DNA of 64,000 nt from Pseudomonadota bacterium. GTDB lineage: Bacteria > Desulfobacterota > Desulfobacteria > Desulfobacterales > RPRI01. The position numbers were made by a program, and so were the translations under genes. Shown piece after piece: positions 20,848-35,500 of the stretch. Positions within the stretch are counted from its first letter, which is position 1; each line of letters begins with the position of its first letter. Below the pieces are notes generated by a model. It did no database searches. It had not been told where the DNA came from and was given only the letters and a program-made list of their open reading frames with translations. The stretch is from positions 20,891-84,890 of the forward strand of contig JBDRRF010000096.1 of NCBI GenBank assembly GCA_043825875.1, written 5' to 3'.

Positions 20848-21705
20848 TTATATCAGTGTGCCTATATATTCAATAATATTGTTTGTACCTTTAATATCAC
20901 CCATTGCCATTATATGAATACCATCCGCATAATTGACTATCTGCTTGATAAAATCGCAGGTAATTTCAATACCGGATACGCCTTCGTTTTCCATGCGGGA
21001 AATAACTTCTTCCGGGACATCAATGCCTTCTACATTTTTGTTCATAAACCTTGCCATTTTTACGCTTTTTAAAGGCATCACCCCGATTAATATCGGCTTA
21101 TTCAGCTTTTTTGCTTTTTCAATAAAACTTATAGCCCGCTTGGCATCATATACGACCTGAGTTTGGAAGAAATCAGCGCCTGCCTCAATTTTTTTTGACA
21201 TTCTTTCTATTTCGCGATCCAAATCTCTTGATGTGGGCATAGCAGTACAAGCGACTTTAAAGTCCGTATGACCTCCGAATTCTTTATCATTAAAATCGAC
21301 ACCGCTGTTCATCTTTTTTATAAGCCGGATGAGCTCAAAAGTATTATAATCATAAACGGCCTTGGAAGGATAAGGCCCATGTTTTGGAGGATCACCGGTT
21401 GTTACCAGAATATTTCGTATACCAAGAGAATGTGCACCAAGCAGGTCTGCCTGTGTTCCCAAAAGGCTGCGGTCTCTGCATGTAAAATGGGGAATTGCTT
21501 CCACACCAAGTTTTGCCTGGATTAAGCTACCCATGGCAACAGAATTAATACGAAGATTTCCCATAGGGCAATCGTGAATATTTATTCCATCAAGGGCAAG
21601 ATAATTTTGCGCTTTAGTCAATGAATCATCTGTCATAACACCGGTGACGGGCCCTAACTCTGTAGTAATAACAAAACTTTTGCCTAATTTTTCAGATAAA
21701 CTCAT
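20848..21705 (-). CDS. metF: Methylenetetrahydrofolate reductase family protein
   Basis: HFTCRDRS, NILVTTGDPP, KIEAGADFFQTQVVYD and GIHIMA motifs. Confidence 0.82.
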   Translation of the reverse strand: MSLSEKLGKSFVITTELGPVTGVMTDDSLTKAQNYLALDGINIHDCPMGNLRINSVAMGSLIQAKLGVEAIPHFTCRDRSLLGTQADLLGAHSLGIRNILVTTGDPPKHGPYPSKAVYDYNTFELIRLIKKMNSGVDFNDKEFGGHTDFKVACTAMPTSRDLDREIERMSKKIEAGADFFQTQVVYDAKRAISFIEKAKKLNKPILIGVMPLKSVKMARFMNKNVEGIDVPEEVISRMENEGVSGIEITCDFIKQIVNYADGIHIMAMGDIKGTNNIIEYIGTLI

Positions 21706-21717
21706 AATTACTCCCTT

Positions 21718-22314
21718 TTAAGATTTTCCTAATCTTGAGCAAATTTCTACTGCTAAAGAAAAGATAATGTCTAAAGTTAAATGTTTGGTAATGTTTTTAT
21801 CATACAATATTTTTACTTCAGGAGAAAATTCTTCATCTCCCTGCCAGTATAAAACAGCCACCGGAATGCGTGGTGTTATATCAAAGCGAAATGCCGCATC
21901 CGCCATATTAAGTGGAGTGCCGGAAAGCTGCATACAGGTTTTTTTGAATTCTTCTATATTATTGCCGTATAATTCGGAAATTAAATTAGTAGGTATTTCA
22001 TGAGGGCCGCGAAAAAATGTAGCCCCACCGGGAAGATCTTTTTCCGAAATCCATTCATTACTAACTTCAATTTGTTTTGAATTTAAAAGATAGTATATAA
22101 TAAACAGATAAAAATATTCATGAGGTCTTTTAATTGTTGTACCTATACATTCAATTTTATATTCATGAGGATATAAGATATATTTATCCCCCCAAACCGA
22201 TAATGTATAATTCTTATTTACTTCATCGTATTTACAAAATTCCTTTTGGCAAATATCTTTCGGATTTTTACCGGCAAGCTTAGTAAAATAACTTTTATCG
22301 ATCACTTGTAACAT
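21718..22314 (-). CDS. DUF3786-family protein
   Basis: WISEKDLPGGATFFRGPH, PRIPVAVLYWQGDEEF and LTLDII resemble DUF3786. Alternative GTG start at 22371. Confidence 0.7.
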   Translation of the reverse strand: MLQVIDKSYFTKLAGKNPKDICQKEFCKYDEVNKNYTLSVWGDKYILYPHEYKIECIGTTIKRPHEYFYLFIIYYLLNSKQIEVSNEWISEKDLPGGATFFRGPHEIPTNLISELYGNNIEEFKKTCMQLSGTPLNMADAAFRFDITPRIPVAVLYWQGDEEFSPEVKILYDKNITKHLTLDIIFSLAVEICSRLGKS

Positions 22315-22567
22315 TTTTAAAAAATCGAACCTTTCTTCCACCAGCAGCGTGAAATACTCTCGTAAATGCACTTTAAATCATTATTGCTTTTAACCGAAAG
22401 GGTTCGAAGGGTCAAGGATTATACAATTGGCATAAAGGGTAATCGCATTTGGAGGTAAAGCCACCCATACAATCGACTGCTTTTTAGCTACTTGTTATTC
22501 AAGCGAATATAAGGTAGGATAAAAGTATTCTCTCCAGTTAGCATAAACCCATAGAAGGAGGCATAGA

Positions 22568-23116
22568 ATGGACACGGCAACATCTGATGCCAAGGCTTTA
22601 CAGTATCTGCTTGATAAAAGCGAACTTTATGACCTTGTGATGAAGTATGCCCGTTACACAGACAGGCGCGATATGACAGCACTCAGGGCTTTGTACCATG
22701 ATGATGCAATAGAAGATCGTGGCAAAATGTTTAAAGGTCCGATAGACGAGTTCATAAAATGGGTATCTGTTGCTGCGAAAGAGTTTGAGTTAACCATGCA
22801 CCGCATTTCAAACACGATTTTTGAGATAAACGGCAATAAGGCTCAGGGCGAGATCTACGCAGAAGCATACCACCGCACTTTTCCCCCGGATCAGAAAGAT
22901 ATTATTGCCTGCGGAAGGTATCTGGACCACTACGAAAAACGCGATGGTATCTGGAAATTCACCTATCGGACCAGCACTACAGACCGTTGTGAAATTCGCC
23001 CTGTTGATCCTATCTGGTACAAGGATTTTGTAGCCGGTTCTCCCAAAGGAATAGCGGGTGCAGATGATCCATCTTACAAAATTCTTACTATGTTTAAACG
23101 ATGGGAGCGGCAATAA
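22568..23116 (+). CDS. SnoaL-like / NTF2-fold protein
   Basis: YARYTDRRD...LYHDDA, TMHRISN and GRYLDHYEKRDGIWKF motifs; RBS AGGAGG. Confidence 0.82.
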   Translation: MDTATSDAKALQYLLDKSELYDLVMKYARYTDRRDMTALRALYHDDAIEDRGKMFKGPIDEFIKWVSVAAKEFELTMHRISNTIFEINGNKAQGEIYAEAYHRTFPPDQKDIIACGRYLDHYEKRDGIWKFTYRTSTTDRCEIRPVDPIWYKDFVAGSPKGIAGADDPSYKILTMFKRWERQ

Positions 23117-23193
23117 CAGCGAGTAAGTTTGAATTTGTTGCTATCCTTGATATGGATATCAAGCGCCTGTCCGAAGAAAATTATATATCCATT

Positions 23194-23335
23194 GAGCCAC
23201 TTTCAAAACGTTTCAGTTTGGTCAAGCTCAAGGCGGGGGAAAATTTCAACCGCAGGAATACATTGAGTATTTCGAGGATTGAAATTTGAGCCCAACGCAG
23301 AGATCGGCCAAAATGGGGCGTTTTGAAACTGGCTC
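23194..23335 (+). mobile_element. MITE copy 4 (142 bp) between convergent genes
   Basis: Same family; flanks CATT/CATC match at 3 of 4 bases. Confidence 0.88.
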
Positions 23336-23337
23336 CA

Positions 23338-24342
23338 TCAATAATTAACAGCCTCTTCAATAAAGGAATGAGAATCTGAAGGGGCAAGGTTTACAGGTAA
23401 ATCAATATGGATAAAAAGTGGGAAATGGTCAGAGGGGTAGCATTTTTCCCATCGCTGTTGAATAATTTTTGCGTCTAAGACCCTTACAGAAGGTGGGGCA
23501 AAAATATAATCAAACCTGAAACGGAAAAAATGTTTGCGGAACCCATGAAATGTAGCAGTATTTCGATTTTTTGGATATCGCACCCGGAAGGTGTCCACCA
23601 ATGGTACAGGATTTATTGCAGCAACTTTGGTCTTGATTATTAATGGGCTTTTACCTTTTAAATATTGTACTGGCGTACTCCTTTCTCTTGCATTAAAATC
23701 TCCTGTCAGCATAAACGGATCCGGAAAAGAACGCTCATGAATTCGCTTGACTAACAATATAACGCTTTCTTTCCGTGAACGCTGGGAGAGGTGATCTAAA
23801 TGGGTATTATAAACATAAAAAGCTTTTTGCGATTCTTTTTCAATCAACCGTATCCAAGTGCAGATACGAGGCATTATGTTTCCCCACCCTTTTGACCTCG
23901 GGATATCGGGTGTGTCTGACAACCAAAAGGTGCCTTCTTCAGATAGTGCAAACCGAGCATCATCATAAAAAATCGAGTTATGCAATCTTTTGGTGTTGCC
24001 TAAATTCCCGATACCGATATTCTCATATCCGGGAAGCATGTCACGGATTTCAGAAATTTGAAAATCTAAGGCTTCCTGTAGGCATAAAACATCAAGGCTA
24101 TATTGATTCAAGATCTCATGCACAAGATTACGGCGATATTTCCAATGATTTCTGCCATCTCTCGCAGTCCCTCGCCGGATATTAAAGCTCATAACTTTCA
24201 AGTTCAAACCGGCATCCTGGGCTGGATCAAAAAAAGAATTTGTTTCCGGTTTGGTATTTTCTATCTGTGGATGCACTACAAAAGGCCAAGCAATTGGCCA
24301 GCGAGACATATCGATTGCTTTTTTGGCAAATTTAAATGTCAT
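23338..24342 (-). CDS. Endonuclease/exonuclease/phosphatase (EEP) family protein
   Basis: VMSFNIR, LCLQEA, TFWLSDTP, NTHLDH, GDFNA, DYIF and PSDHFP motifs. Start uncertain. Confidence 0.88.
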   Translation of the reverse strand: MTFKFAKKAIDMSRWPIAWPFVVHPQIENTKPETNSFFDPAQDAGLNLKVMSFNIRRGTARDGRNHWKYRRNLVHEILNQYSLDVLCLQEALDFQISEIRDMLPGYENIGIGNLGNTKRLHNSIFYDDARFALSEEGTFWLSDTPDIPRSKGWGNIMPRICTWIRLIEKESQKAFYVYNTHLDHLSQRSRKESVILLVKRIHERSFPDPFMLTGDFNARERSTPVQYLKGKSPLIIKTKVAAINPVPLVDTFRVRYPKNRNTATFHGFRKHFFRFRFDYIFAPPSVRVLDAKIIQQRWEKCYPSDHFPLFIHIDLPVNLAPSDSHSFIEEAVNY

Positions 24343-24484
24343 AATTTTATGTTTTTACCTTGAACAACATGTTTTGAATTTTTTATAATTCCTGTGTCAA
24401 ACATATAGCAAATAATAAGCACTATACATATTAAAGCAAGCCTTATAGCGGTGTTCAAAATAATGTTAAGATTCAATTCGTATC

Positions 24485-24560
24485 TGGTACGCCCGGCTGG
24501 AATCGAACCAGCGATCTTCAGCTCCGGAGGCTGACGCCCTATCCACTGGGCTACGGGCGC
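24485..24560 (-). tRNA. tRNA-Arg (anticodon CCG)
   Basis: GCGCCCGTAGCCCAGTGGATAGGGCGTCAGCCT-CCG-GAGCTGAAGATCGCTGGTTCGATTCCAGCCGGGCGTACCA forms a cloverleaf with GGTTCGA T-arm and encoded CCA. Confidence 0.97.
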
Positions 24561-24583
24561 ATAACACTTACGTATAAGCTAAA

Positions 24584-25870
24584 TTATATATGCTCGAAAG
24601 TCAAGTTTGAAAGCATTGCCTTGGCTTCGCCAACTACATACAAAGATCCGGTTATGCATATTACATCTTCGGGTAAAGCTGTTGTAATAGCATAATTAAT
24701 TGCATTCTTTACTTCGGAAATTATTTTAATATCTTTAACATAATTTTTGGAAACCGCAAGAAGCGTTTCCGGTTCCAATGCCCTGTCTATCTGAGGTTTG
24801 GTAAGAATAACCCTGTTTGCAACAGATAGAATGCTTTTTAATATGGACTTATACGGTTTATCATCTAACATACCTGTAATAACAGTTATATTCCTGCCTT
24901 TATATTCTTTGGATAAAAACTTATTTAATGCTTGTGCGGCTCCTATATTATGGGCTCCATCAAGAATTACGCATGGAGAAGATGATATAATTTCAAGCCT
25001 TCCCGGCCAAATGGTTTGCTTAAGCCCTGCGCGAATGTGTTTTTCAGAAAGATCGATTTTATCTGCAAGCAGCTCACATGCTGCTAAAACAAGAGCGGCA
25101 TTTTCGATCTGATGATCTCCATGCAGGCTTGTCTGCATATCCGGCCAGATATTTTTAATGCCAAAATATGTAAACGTCCCGTTTTCATTATTTTTGATTT
25201 TGAAATTATTCCCAAAAAGGTAGAAAGGAGCTCTTTTTTTAGATGATATATTTTTTAGAACATTTATTGCGCTCTTTTGCTTTGCGCCTGTTATTACAGG
25301 TTTTCCTCTTTTAATTATGCCGCCTTTTTCGCCTGCAATTTGTTCAATTGTATTGCCCAAGTATGTTTTATGCTCAATAGAAATATTGGTGATAATAGTT
25401 ATCTCAGGCTTTATAATATTTGTTGCATCAAGTCTTCCACCCATTCCTGTTTCGATAACAGCCCAATCCACCTTTTCTTTGCTGAATTCATATAAAGCCA
25501 TAGCGGTAGAAAACTCAAAAAACGTTGGTTCGCGCAAACCCTTATGAACCTGATTTACCGCATTGTATGATTCAACAACATTTTTATTGGATATGAGCCT
25601 ATTGTTTATTTTGATTCTTTCATTGAAACTTACAAGATGTGGCGAGGTAAACAGGCCGACTTTAAACCCGGCTTTTTGTAAAATAGCAGATAATGCGGAT
25701 GCGACAGAGCCTTTCCCGTTTGTTCCTGCAACATGTATGCATGCATAATTGTTTTGGGGATTTTGCAATGCGCCAAGAATATTTTTTATTGTTCCAAGTC
25801 CAAGTTTAATCCCGAATCTTCTTAAACTATACATTTGGTTCAGGCAATCATTATAAGCCTTATTTCCCAT
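24584..25870 (-). CDS. folC: Folylpolyglutamate synthase/dihydrofolate synthase
   Basis: HVAGTNGKGS, FTSPHL, ETGMGGRLDATN and DGAHN motifs. Confidence 0.95.
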   Translation of the reverse strand: MGNKAYNDCLNQMYSLRRFGIKLGLGTIKNILGALQNPQNNYACIHVAGTNGKGSVASALSAILQKAGFKVGLFTSPHLVSFNERIKINNRLISNKNVVESYNAVNQVHKGLREPTFFEFSTAMALYEFSKEKVDWAVIETGMGGRLDATNIIKPEITIITNISIEHKTYLGNTIEQIAGEKGGIIKRGKPVITGAKQKSAINVLKNISSKKRAPFYLFGNNFKIKNNENGTFTYFGIKNIWPDMQTSLHGDHQIENAALVLAACELLADKIDLSEKHIRAGLKQTIWPGRLEIISSSPCVILDGAHNIGAAQALNKFLSKEYKGRNITVITGMLDDKPYKSILKSILSVANRVILTKPQIDRALEPETLLAVSKNYVKDIKIISEVKNAINYAITTALPEDVICITGSLYVVGEAKAMLSNLTFEHI

Positions 25871-25902
25871 AGATCTTTTCCCGGCAAATTAGGGTTAATA
25901 CA

Positions 25903-25939
25903 AAAAGCCCGGCAAAAACAGATTTCTTGCCGGGCTTTT
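25903..25939. terminator. Rho-independent terminator hairpin after rpsU (T tracts on both strands)
   Basis: AAAAGCCCGGCAA-loop-TTGCCGGGCTTTT about 20 nt past the rpsU stop. Confidence 0.8.
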
Positions 25940-25958
25940 ATTTTAAGGTATCTTAACG

Positions 25959-26165
25959 TTATTTTCTGTATTTACTTCTGGAAATAGCTATTCTTTCTCT
26001 TCTTAAAGCTTCTCGCTGTTTGCGCCGCCTGAATTCGCTCGGTTTTTCATAACTCTTTTTTAATTTCAACCGCTTGAAAAGGCCGTCATTTTGAATCTTT
26101 TTTTTCAAAATTCGTATAGCTTTTTCAAGGTCGTTATCAAAAACCTTGACTTGGATTTCCTTCAA
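25959..26165 (-). CDS. rpsU: 30S ribosomal protein S21
   Basis: LEKAIRILKKK...YEKPSEFRRRK. Confidence 0.92.
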   Translation of the reverse strand: MKEIQVKVFDNDLEKAIRILKKKIQNDGLFKRLKLKKSYEKPSEFRRRKQREALRRERIAISRSKYRK

Positions 26166-26445
26166 ATTTTCTCGCCCCCTTCTTTACACCAGATGAATTT
26201 AGGCTTGTTAATCCTATTTCCGATGTTTTTTTACATATATATTTTGGCAATTTTTCTTTATATCTTCGTAAAAAATCAAACAGCTATTTTCCATTTGGTG
26301 AGAAAGGGTTTTTCTCTACCGATGATTGAAACAAAACTTATGGATCTTTACGAGTTTTTCTTATTAACTTAATATTTGTATCTAAGCAAGAAAAATTATC
26401 AACCAAAATACAGCTTTTTGCAAATATATTTATAAGCCAAAACCA

Positions 26446-27123
26446 TCATGAAAGTTTTGAAAGAAGATCTGCCTGCACCTCTTTTACGCCGGGGGTTCCG
26501 TCAAGTATGATGTATTTTAAAGAAGTTGTATTTTTGGCAAGATCTTTAAAATAATATGACGATGCAAGCGTGCCGTTGTTTGTATCATAATATATATCAT
26601 GGCGTTTGTTTATTGCAGCTTCATCCTGATCATCGGCTCTTGTCTTAAGACCGCCTCCGCATACACGGCATTTATCACCATTTGGTTTAATTGCATCTAT
26701 GTATATATTATTAGGATGATTGTTATCATTTTCGCAAAGCCTGCGACCCATAATCCTGTTTTTTGCTATTTCCCGATCAAGAGTTATTTCAACTACTATA
26801 TCAAGATTGATACCAGCCTTTTTCAATTCCTCGTCAAGCTTTATTGCCTGGTTTTTATTTCTGGGGAAACCATCTAACAGCCAGCCGTTATTACAATCCG
26901 GTTGTTTCATTCTGTCAAGTATCATAGGAATCGTAATTTCATCCGGCACCAAATCCCCTTTGTCTATATATGCCTTTGCTTTTGCACCAAGTTCTGTTCC
27001 TTTTGAAATATTGTCGCGGAATATAGCACCTGATTCAATATGAGGGGTATTATATTTATCCTTCAAAATGGCTCCCTGGGTTCCCTTACCGCTACCGTTT
27101 GGCCCGAAAAACAAAATGTTCAT
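26446..27123 (-). CDS. adk: Adenylate kinase
   Basis: GPNGSGKGTQ, LLDGFPR, GRRLC and RADDQ motifs. Confidence 0.96.
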   Translation of the reverse strand: MNILFFGPNGSGKGTQGAILKDKYNTPHIESGAIFRDNISKGTELGAKAKAYIDKGDLVPDEITIPMILDRMKQPDCNNGWLLDGFPRNKNQAIKLDEELKKAGINLDIVVEITLDREIAKNRIMGRRLCENDNNHPNNIYIDAIKPNGDKCRVCGGGLKTRADDQDEAAINKRHDIYYDTNNGTLASSYYFKDLAKNTTSLKYIILDGTPGVKEVQADLLSKLS

Positions 27124-27475
27124 TTAAATTCTCCTTTTCTTATTTCCTGGTGATATTTACACAATTATTAATATGAATGATTTTTCATAAAATCAGAAGT
27201 TAAAACAGTTTATACAGATATTTTGCTTTAAATATAGAAATGATATAATAATGTCAAGTGCAAGAAACGGCGAAAACCTTAATAAAGCTTATATAGCCAA
27301 TTCTGTTTATGTGTTAACATATAAGACAGGCTTACAATCTGTTGCAGATTTTTATAGCTGCCTGGAATCCGGAAGCATTTTTCTTATAAAATATTGCCTT
27401 GGTTATCAATCTATTATAAAATGTGAGACAAAATTTTTATCAAATCAATTGCTCAAATAAAAAAGGAGGAAGCTG

Positions 27476-28273
27476 ATGCCATTTAAACAAAATCTCATAA
27501 ATAAGATCCGAATAGATAAGATGGCAAATAAAGTGCTTAGCTCCATTGGACCTCCGGATAGCGGGCATAAACTTGATAAGGAAACAATGCGAAACATTAT
27601 TTTTATGGTTAATTATCAGCAAAGAAATGAAAGAGACCTGGAATTATTTGTAGAAAATACTGATAATGATATTAAAAAGATCCTCGTTCTTGACAATGCA
27701 CTGCCCTTATACAATACGACAGTGGATGATGTTGTTTTGCGCAAAAGCCCGACTCTTAAGGAAATGATTAGTTTTCGTAATGCCCGCAAAATATTAAGCG
27801 ACTCGGATGTGCTTTTATGCAAAAAAGAAGACAGTGTAATATTTTTCCAAAATGAATGTCTTGCATTACTTGATCTATCATTTATCAAATCGGATATACA
27901 AGATATTGAAAATGATGGCCGCACTTCTCTTGAAAGAGCTTACAGCGACGGAATTATTGAAACTCTTGGGTTGTTTTCAGAGCTTCTTGGTTTTTGCCCG
28001 CTGCCGCATAATTTTTTAATTGCTAATCATATTGTAATCGGAACATCAACTAAAAAGCAAAACGGAGAAACCCGCTTTGGCCCGATAGTTATTTACAGCA
28101 TGATTCATAATACAATTAAACTGATTGATGAAAAAATAGGAATCCATGAAAAAGAAAAAATCGAACTTATTCACAAAATAGCAGCCGGCAAGGAAAAAGC
28201 CTCAGAAGAAGGGCCGGAAGTGTTTCAATATCTGACAAATATGGTGCTGATAAATAATCAACAATCACTTTGA
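27476..28273 (+). CDS. Hypothetical protein
   Basis: 265-aa ORF with strong RBS AGGAGG; no motif recognised. Confidence 0.7.
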   Translation: MPFKQNLINKIRIDKMANKVLSSIGPPDSGHKLDKETMRNIIFMVNYQQRNERDLELFVENTDNDIKKILVLDNALPLYNTTVDDVVLRKSPTLKEMISFRNARKILSDSDVLLCKKEDSVIFFQNECLALLDLSFIKSDIQDIENDGRTSLERAYSDGIIETLGLFSELLGFCPLPHNFLIANHIVIGTSTKKQNGETRFGPIVIYSMIHNTIKLIDEKIGIHEKEKIELIHKIAAGKEKASEEGPEVFQYLTNMVLINNQQSL

Positions 28274-28402
28274 TTTATTGCTATTATGAAAAATTGATCG
28301 GCTTGTGTTTGCAGAAAGGAATTTTTTCTTTTATATGATTGGCTTTTAATAGAAACCACTTAAAACCTGGTTTAAAATCAATCCTGCTTTATGACATACC
28401 TA

Positions 28403-28807
28403 TTAAACTACTTCTACTGGCTGGACTTTTGCTCTTGTCTTTCTCTTTGGCACTACCACCTTTTCAGGCAATGATGCAAGAGCCAACTTTTCTTCCGTCC
28501 GGATGCCTTTATCCGCTATTTTTTTTAATTGGTTTGTAATAGACTCTAATGCCTTTGCTTTTTTTTCTTCAGCCTCGGCTCTTCTTTCAGCAGCTTCTGC
28601 CACCCTTTTTTGGCTGTCTGCAATGCCTTCCATTATCTTGTTAAATGAAGGCAGATGCTCTGATGCAATAGTTTTAATAAAATTGTTTACATCCAGAGTT
28701 TCTTTACTTCTTTGCTTATCCTGGCCTGAATATTTTCCATCGTACGGTTTGCGATTTCTGTCAAATCGCTTGTTAGTTCTAAGATTATGAATAAAATCAT
28801 CCACCAT
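28403..28807 (-). CDS. Hypothetical protein, predicted coiled coil
   Basis: RBS CAGGAGG; AEAAERRAEAEEKKAKALE helix. Confidence 0.65.
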   Translation of the reverse strand: MVDDFIHNLRTNKRFDRNRKPYDGKYSGQDKQRSKETLDVNNFIKTIASEHLPSFNKIMEGIADSQKRVAEAAERRAEAEEKKAKALESITNQLKKIADKGIRTEEKLALASLPEKVVVPKRKTRAKVQPVEVV

Positions 28808-29302
28808 TATAAACCTCCTGAAAAAAATTATTAAAAAACGGGTCTTTTTGTTTTCAATGCCAAATCTGGAAAAACCGCAGTGTGATATCGAAAGAAAAAG
28901 GATTTGCTTATTATTTAAGAAAAGCGGATTATGATATTTACATTATAAATACCAATAAATAAAAGTCAAGAACTGGTTTAAAATAATGCAAAATAAAGCG
29001 ATTTTTCACAGCAATAAAAATCTCTTTGCCCTGGATAATTGTTTCTGCTATGAAACAAAAATTGATAAGCCTGTTTTTAATCCATTTGCTTTTTTGCTCG
29101 TTGTCTTTTGATATAGCACCGTGCAAATAAGTGTAATTTGTTTCTTGTAATTCGCAAGCCTTGCTTATAAAGCTTTTTTGCAAAACCTTAATATTGAGCC
29201 TTTTTCGGGATTGTTAAAAATTATAAATTGAAGTAATAAAATATTCATGTTCGGATAACAACACAGGCAGATATAAATAATTTCATTGAGTTTAATATAT
29301 AA

Positions 29303-30592
<1,290 letters not shown>

Positions 30593-30599
30593 ACAATGA

Positions 30600-32342
<1,743 letters not shown>

Positions 32343-32344
32343 GT

Positions 32345-32509
32345 GAGCCACTTTCAAAACGTTTCAGTTTGGTCAAGCTCAAGGCGGGCGAAAATTTCAA
32401 CCGCAGGAATACATTGAGTATTTCGAGGATAGCGCTAATGCTTCACTTCGTGCGAAATTTGAGCCCAACGCTTAAGATCGGCCAAAATGGGGCGTGTTGA
32501 AACTGGCTC
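32345..32509 (+). mobile_element. MITE copy 5 (165 bp, carries the 22-23 nt insert)
   Basis: Same family; AGGT on both flanks; starts 2 nt after the pyrG stop. Confidence 0.9.
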
Positions 32510-32552
32510 AGGTGTTAAGTTTGGCAATCTGCTGCTTTGCCAGGGACATAGA

Positions 32553-35500
32553 TCACTTGAGTTTTGATACGATAAATTCAGCCGTCTTTTCAGCTGATAC
32601 GCCAAAGAGATCATCCAGTTCGATCCAGTTCAGATAATTGTCATCCCAGGGGATGCTGTTTTCCTGAACAATATTTTTTATATGATCATATTTTCCGCCA
32701 AGGGCTTTAATTTTTACAGGAAGAGGCACATTTTCTTTAAACGAAATATTTAACAAAAGAAGGTGTTCTATAATATTGGAGCGTTGAGGAGAAGATGATA
32801 TAACAGGAATTACAATTATGCTGCGATTATCCTTTCTTCCTTTTCCTATATAAACATTGCCGCTTTGGACAATAATTTTTTTTGAGCCCTTAAGACGGGT
32901 ATCCGATTCCACCCTTGATGGAATTGATTTTAATACGCCTTCTTTTTTTATTACTTCAATAGAAGCATCTTCAGTAAGTTCTCCAAGCAGATCCAGCCCT
33001 CCTATCTTATAAAGAATATAACCATTAATATCCGAAACAATTTCCTGTAGATTTTTTAATACTATTATATTTTTGTTTATAAGCTGGGACGGATTTAAAC
33101 TATTGGAATTTAACACATCAAACAAAATACCGTATAGTTTTTCGCTTATACGGCTAGTTCCTACAGTAACTGTTTTAGCCTGATGCTTTATCGCATCTAT
33201 AGGCCTTATCATAAGGTTTATAGATTCGCCCAGGAATTTAAAAAGGGTATCTATCATGTTTTTTGCAGTTCCTTTTATCCCGAAATCAAGTTCAAAATCG
33301 GAAACCGGAAGCTTGCCCGAAAGATACTTGCATAGTAAAATAAGACTTAAAGCTGCATCAAACCCAAGGATTGAAGGAAGTTGTTTTTCAGCTCTTCTTC
33401 GCCTGAACTCATTATAAAAATAAGCTATTTTTTCTCTAAATGTTTTCTCAAGAATCAGTTCATAGATATCTGTACCCTTTTTGAGCTGCTCATCTATAGT
33501 ATTTTGCAATTCTTCTCTGAACTTGTATATAAAACTTGAGCCTTCGTTTATCGACAATGCTGCATAATATCCCCAGATATGTCCCGCAAGGGTGTTTAAT
33601 ATAGGCGCCAGGTGCTGGCCAACCGCAGGAACATAAAAAACATCTTCAGCATACTGCTCAAATCTTTCCTCTCCTTCATCCGCAATAACAACCGGAGCAG
33701 CTTTATGGGCTTTGAATATGGCAGTATCTTTTACTATATCTCCGATTACATTTCCTCTTGTGCCAGCACTGCATATTATAATTAATGGTTCTGATGAAAG
33801 GTCTATATGTTTTTTATCTTCCACATAATCAGACGATATTGTTTTATAACACAATTCACTTAATTTTATTCTTATTTCATCAGCAGAAGCCTTGTTCGGA
33901 CCACTGCCGACTGTTGCCCAATAAGTTTTAGTAACAGCAAGCCTTCTTGCTGATTTTTCTATCGCTTCTTTCATCGAAAGTACTTTTCTCATGTGCGAAG
34001 ATATTTCGAGAAGACTTACAACCTCATCCGATACAAAATTGCCGTTTCTCCTCCCATTAATTTGAGCTATAAAAAGGCCAAGAACTGCGCCGGCAACAAT
34101 TTGGCAGTAAAAAGCTTTTGTTGATGCTACCGACATTTCAATATCTCTGCCGCTGCTGGTATAGATAACACCATCAACCTTAAAAGCTATATCCGAATCT
34201 CTCCTGTTTACAATTGCAAGAGTTTTAGCGCCTCTTTTTTTTACCATTTCTACAGCGCGGTTAGTATCTGTTGTTGTTCCGGACTGGCTTATTGCTACAA
34301 CAAGAGTATCCGACATGCTGGTTGATATCTCTTCGGAATCGAGCATAAATCCGCTAAGTTCCGAAGCTTTATGTGCCCCAATATGAATCTGTGGATCATT
34401 TAGGTAGTAATTAAGAATATCTGAACAAGCCAGTGCAGCAACTCCGGCTGTTCCCTGGCCTGCAAAAAGAATCCGTCTTATTTTCTTTTCGCTAAAAGCC
34501 TTTTTAACAGATTCAGGAAATTCTTTTTCTGAAAGAAAAGCAGAATACTTTTTTCCGTCAGCACTTGTTTTCCAACGATTTAAAAGAGTTTTTTCAACCG
34601 ATAAAGGCGATTCCGATATCTCTTTTAAAAAGTAATGTGGATAATTCTGACGGTCTATATCTCTTGAAGTAATGCCGGTATGCTTTAAATCTTTATCTTC
34701 GATACAAACTGGCATTTTATCATAATACATTGCTTTTATACCGGAAATACCGCCACAAGATTCCTGGGACAATATAAATATTTGCCCTTGTGTGCTTCCG
34801 TTATTGCTTTGTACAATTTTATCGCCTTCCATCTTGATATAATTTTGAGTCTCTTCTACGAATCCGTAAACTTCGGATGCAGGCATGTAGCTATCTTTTC
34901 CGATTCCTATAAAAAATGCCTGTCCGCTTCCCTTATGTGCAAGATAAATTCTTCCCGGGTCAAGATTAGTATGCATTGTTATGGCATGAGATCCCTCAAA
35001 ATCATTTACGGCAAGACGAAATGATTCTTCAATATCAAACCCTTTGCTTAAATATTTTTCAATCTGATGCGGTATAATCTTGGTATCAGTGGTTATCTCG
35101 CTACCAAAAGAATTGCCGCAACTTTCATATTCCTTTTTGAGTTCAAGATAATTATCGATATCACCGTTTAAGCACACATGTATTATGCCTTGTTTCCATG
35201 AACCGAATCCGGCTTTGCTTCCATCAACCGGATGACAATTCGCTTCCGTTATTGCACCCACCGAAGCCCAGCGGGTATGAGATGAAACTGTGTGATATTT
35301 GTTTTTAAAAGACACGAGTATTTGCAGAATACGGTCATCTTTAATCTGATTTCGCAAAAAATTTATATTGTCTCCAAGGCTTCCTATCTCTGCTGCTACT
35401 TTATAAACAAGAGCCACACTGACAAGAGATTCCGCTGCTTTTTCTTCTGTTCTGCTTATTGATATCCCGCCATTTAGCAGGATATCGCAGCTTGAACGTT

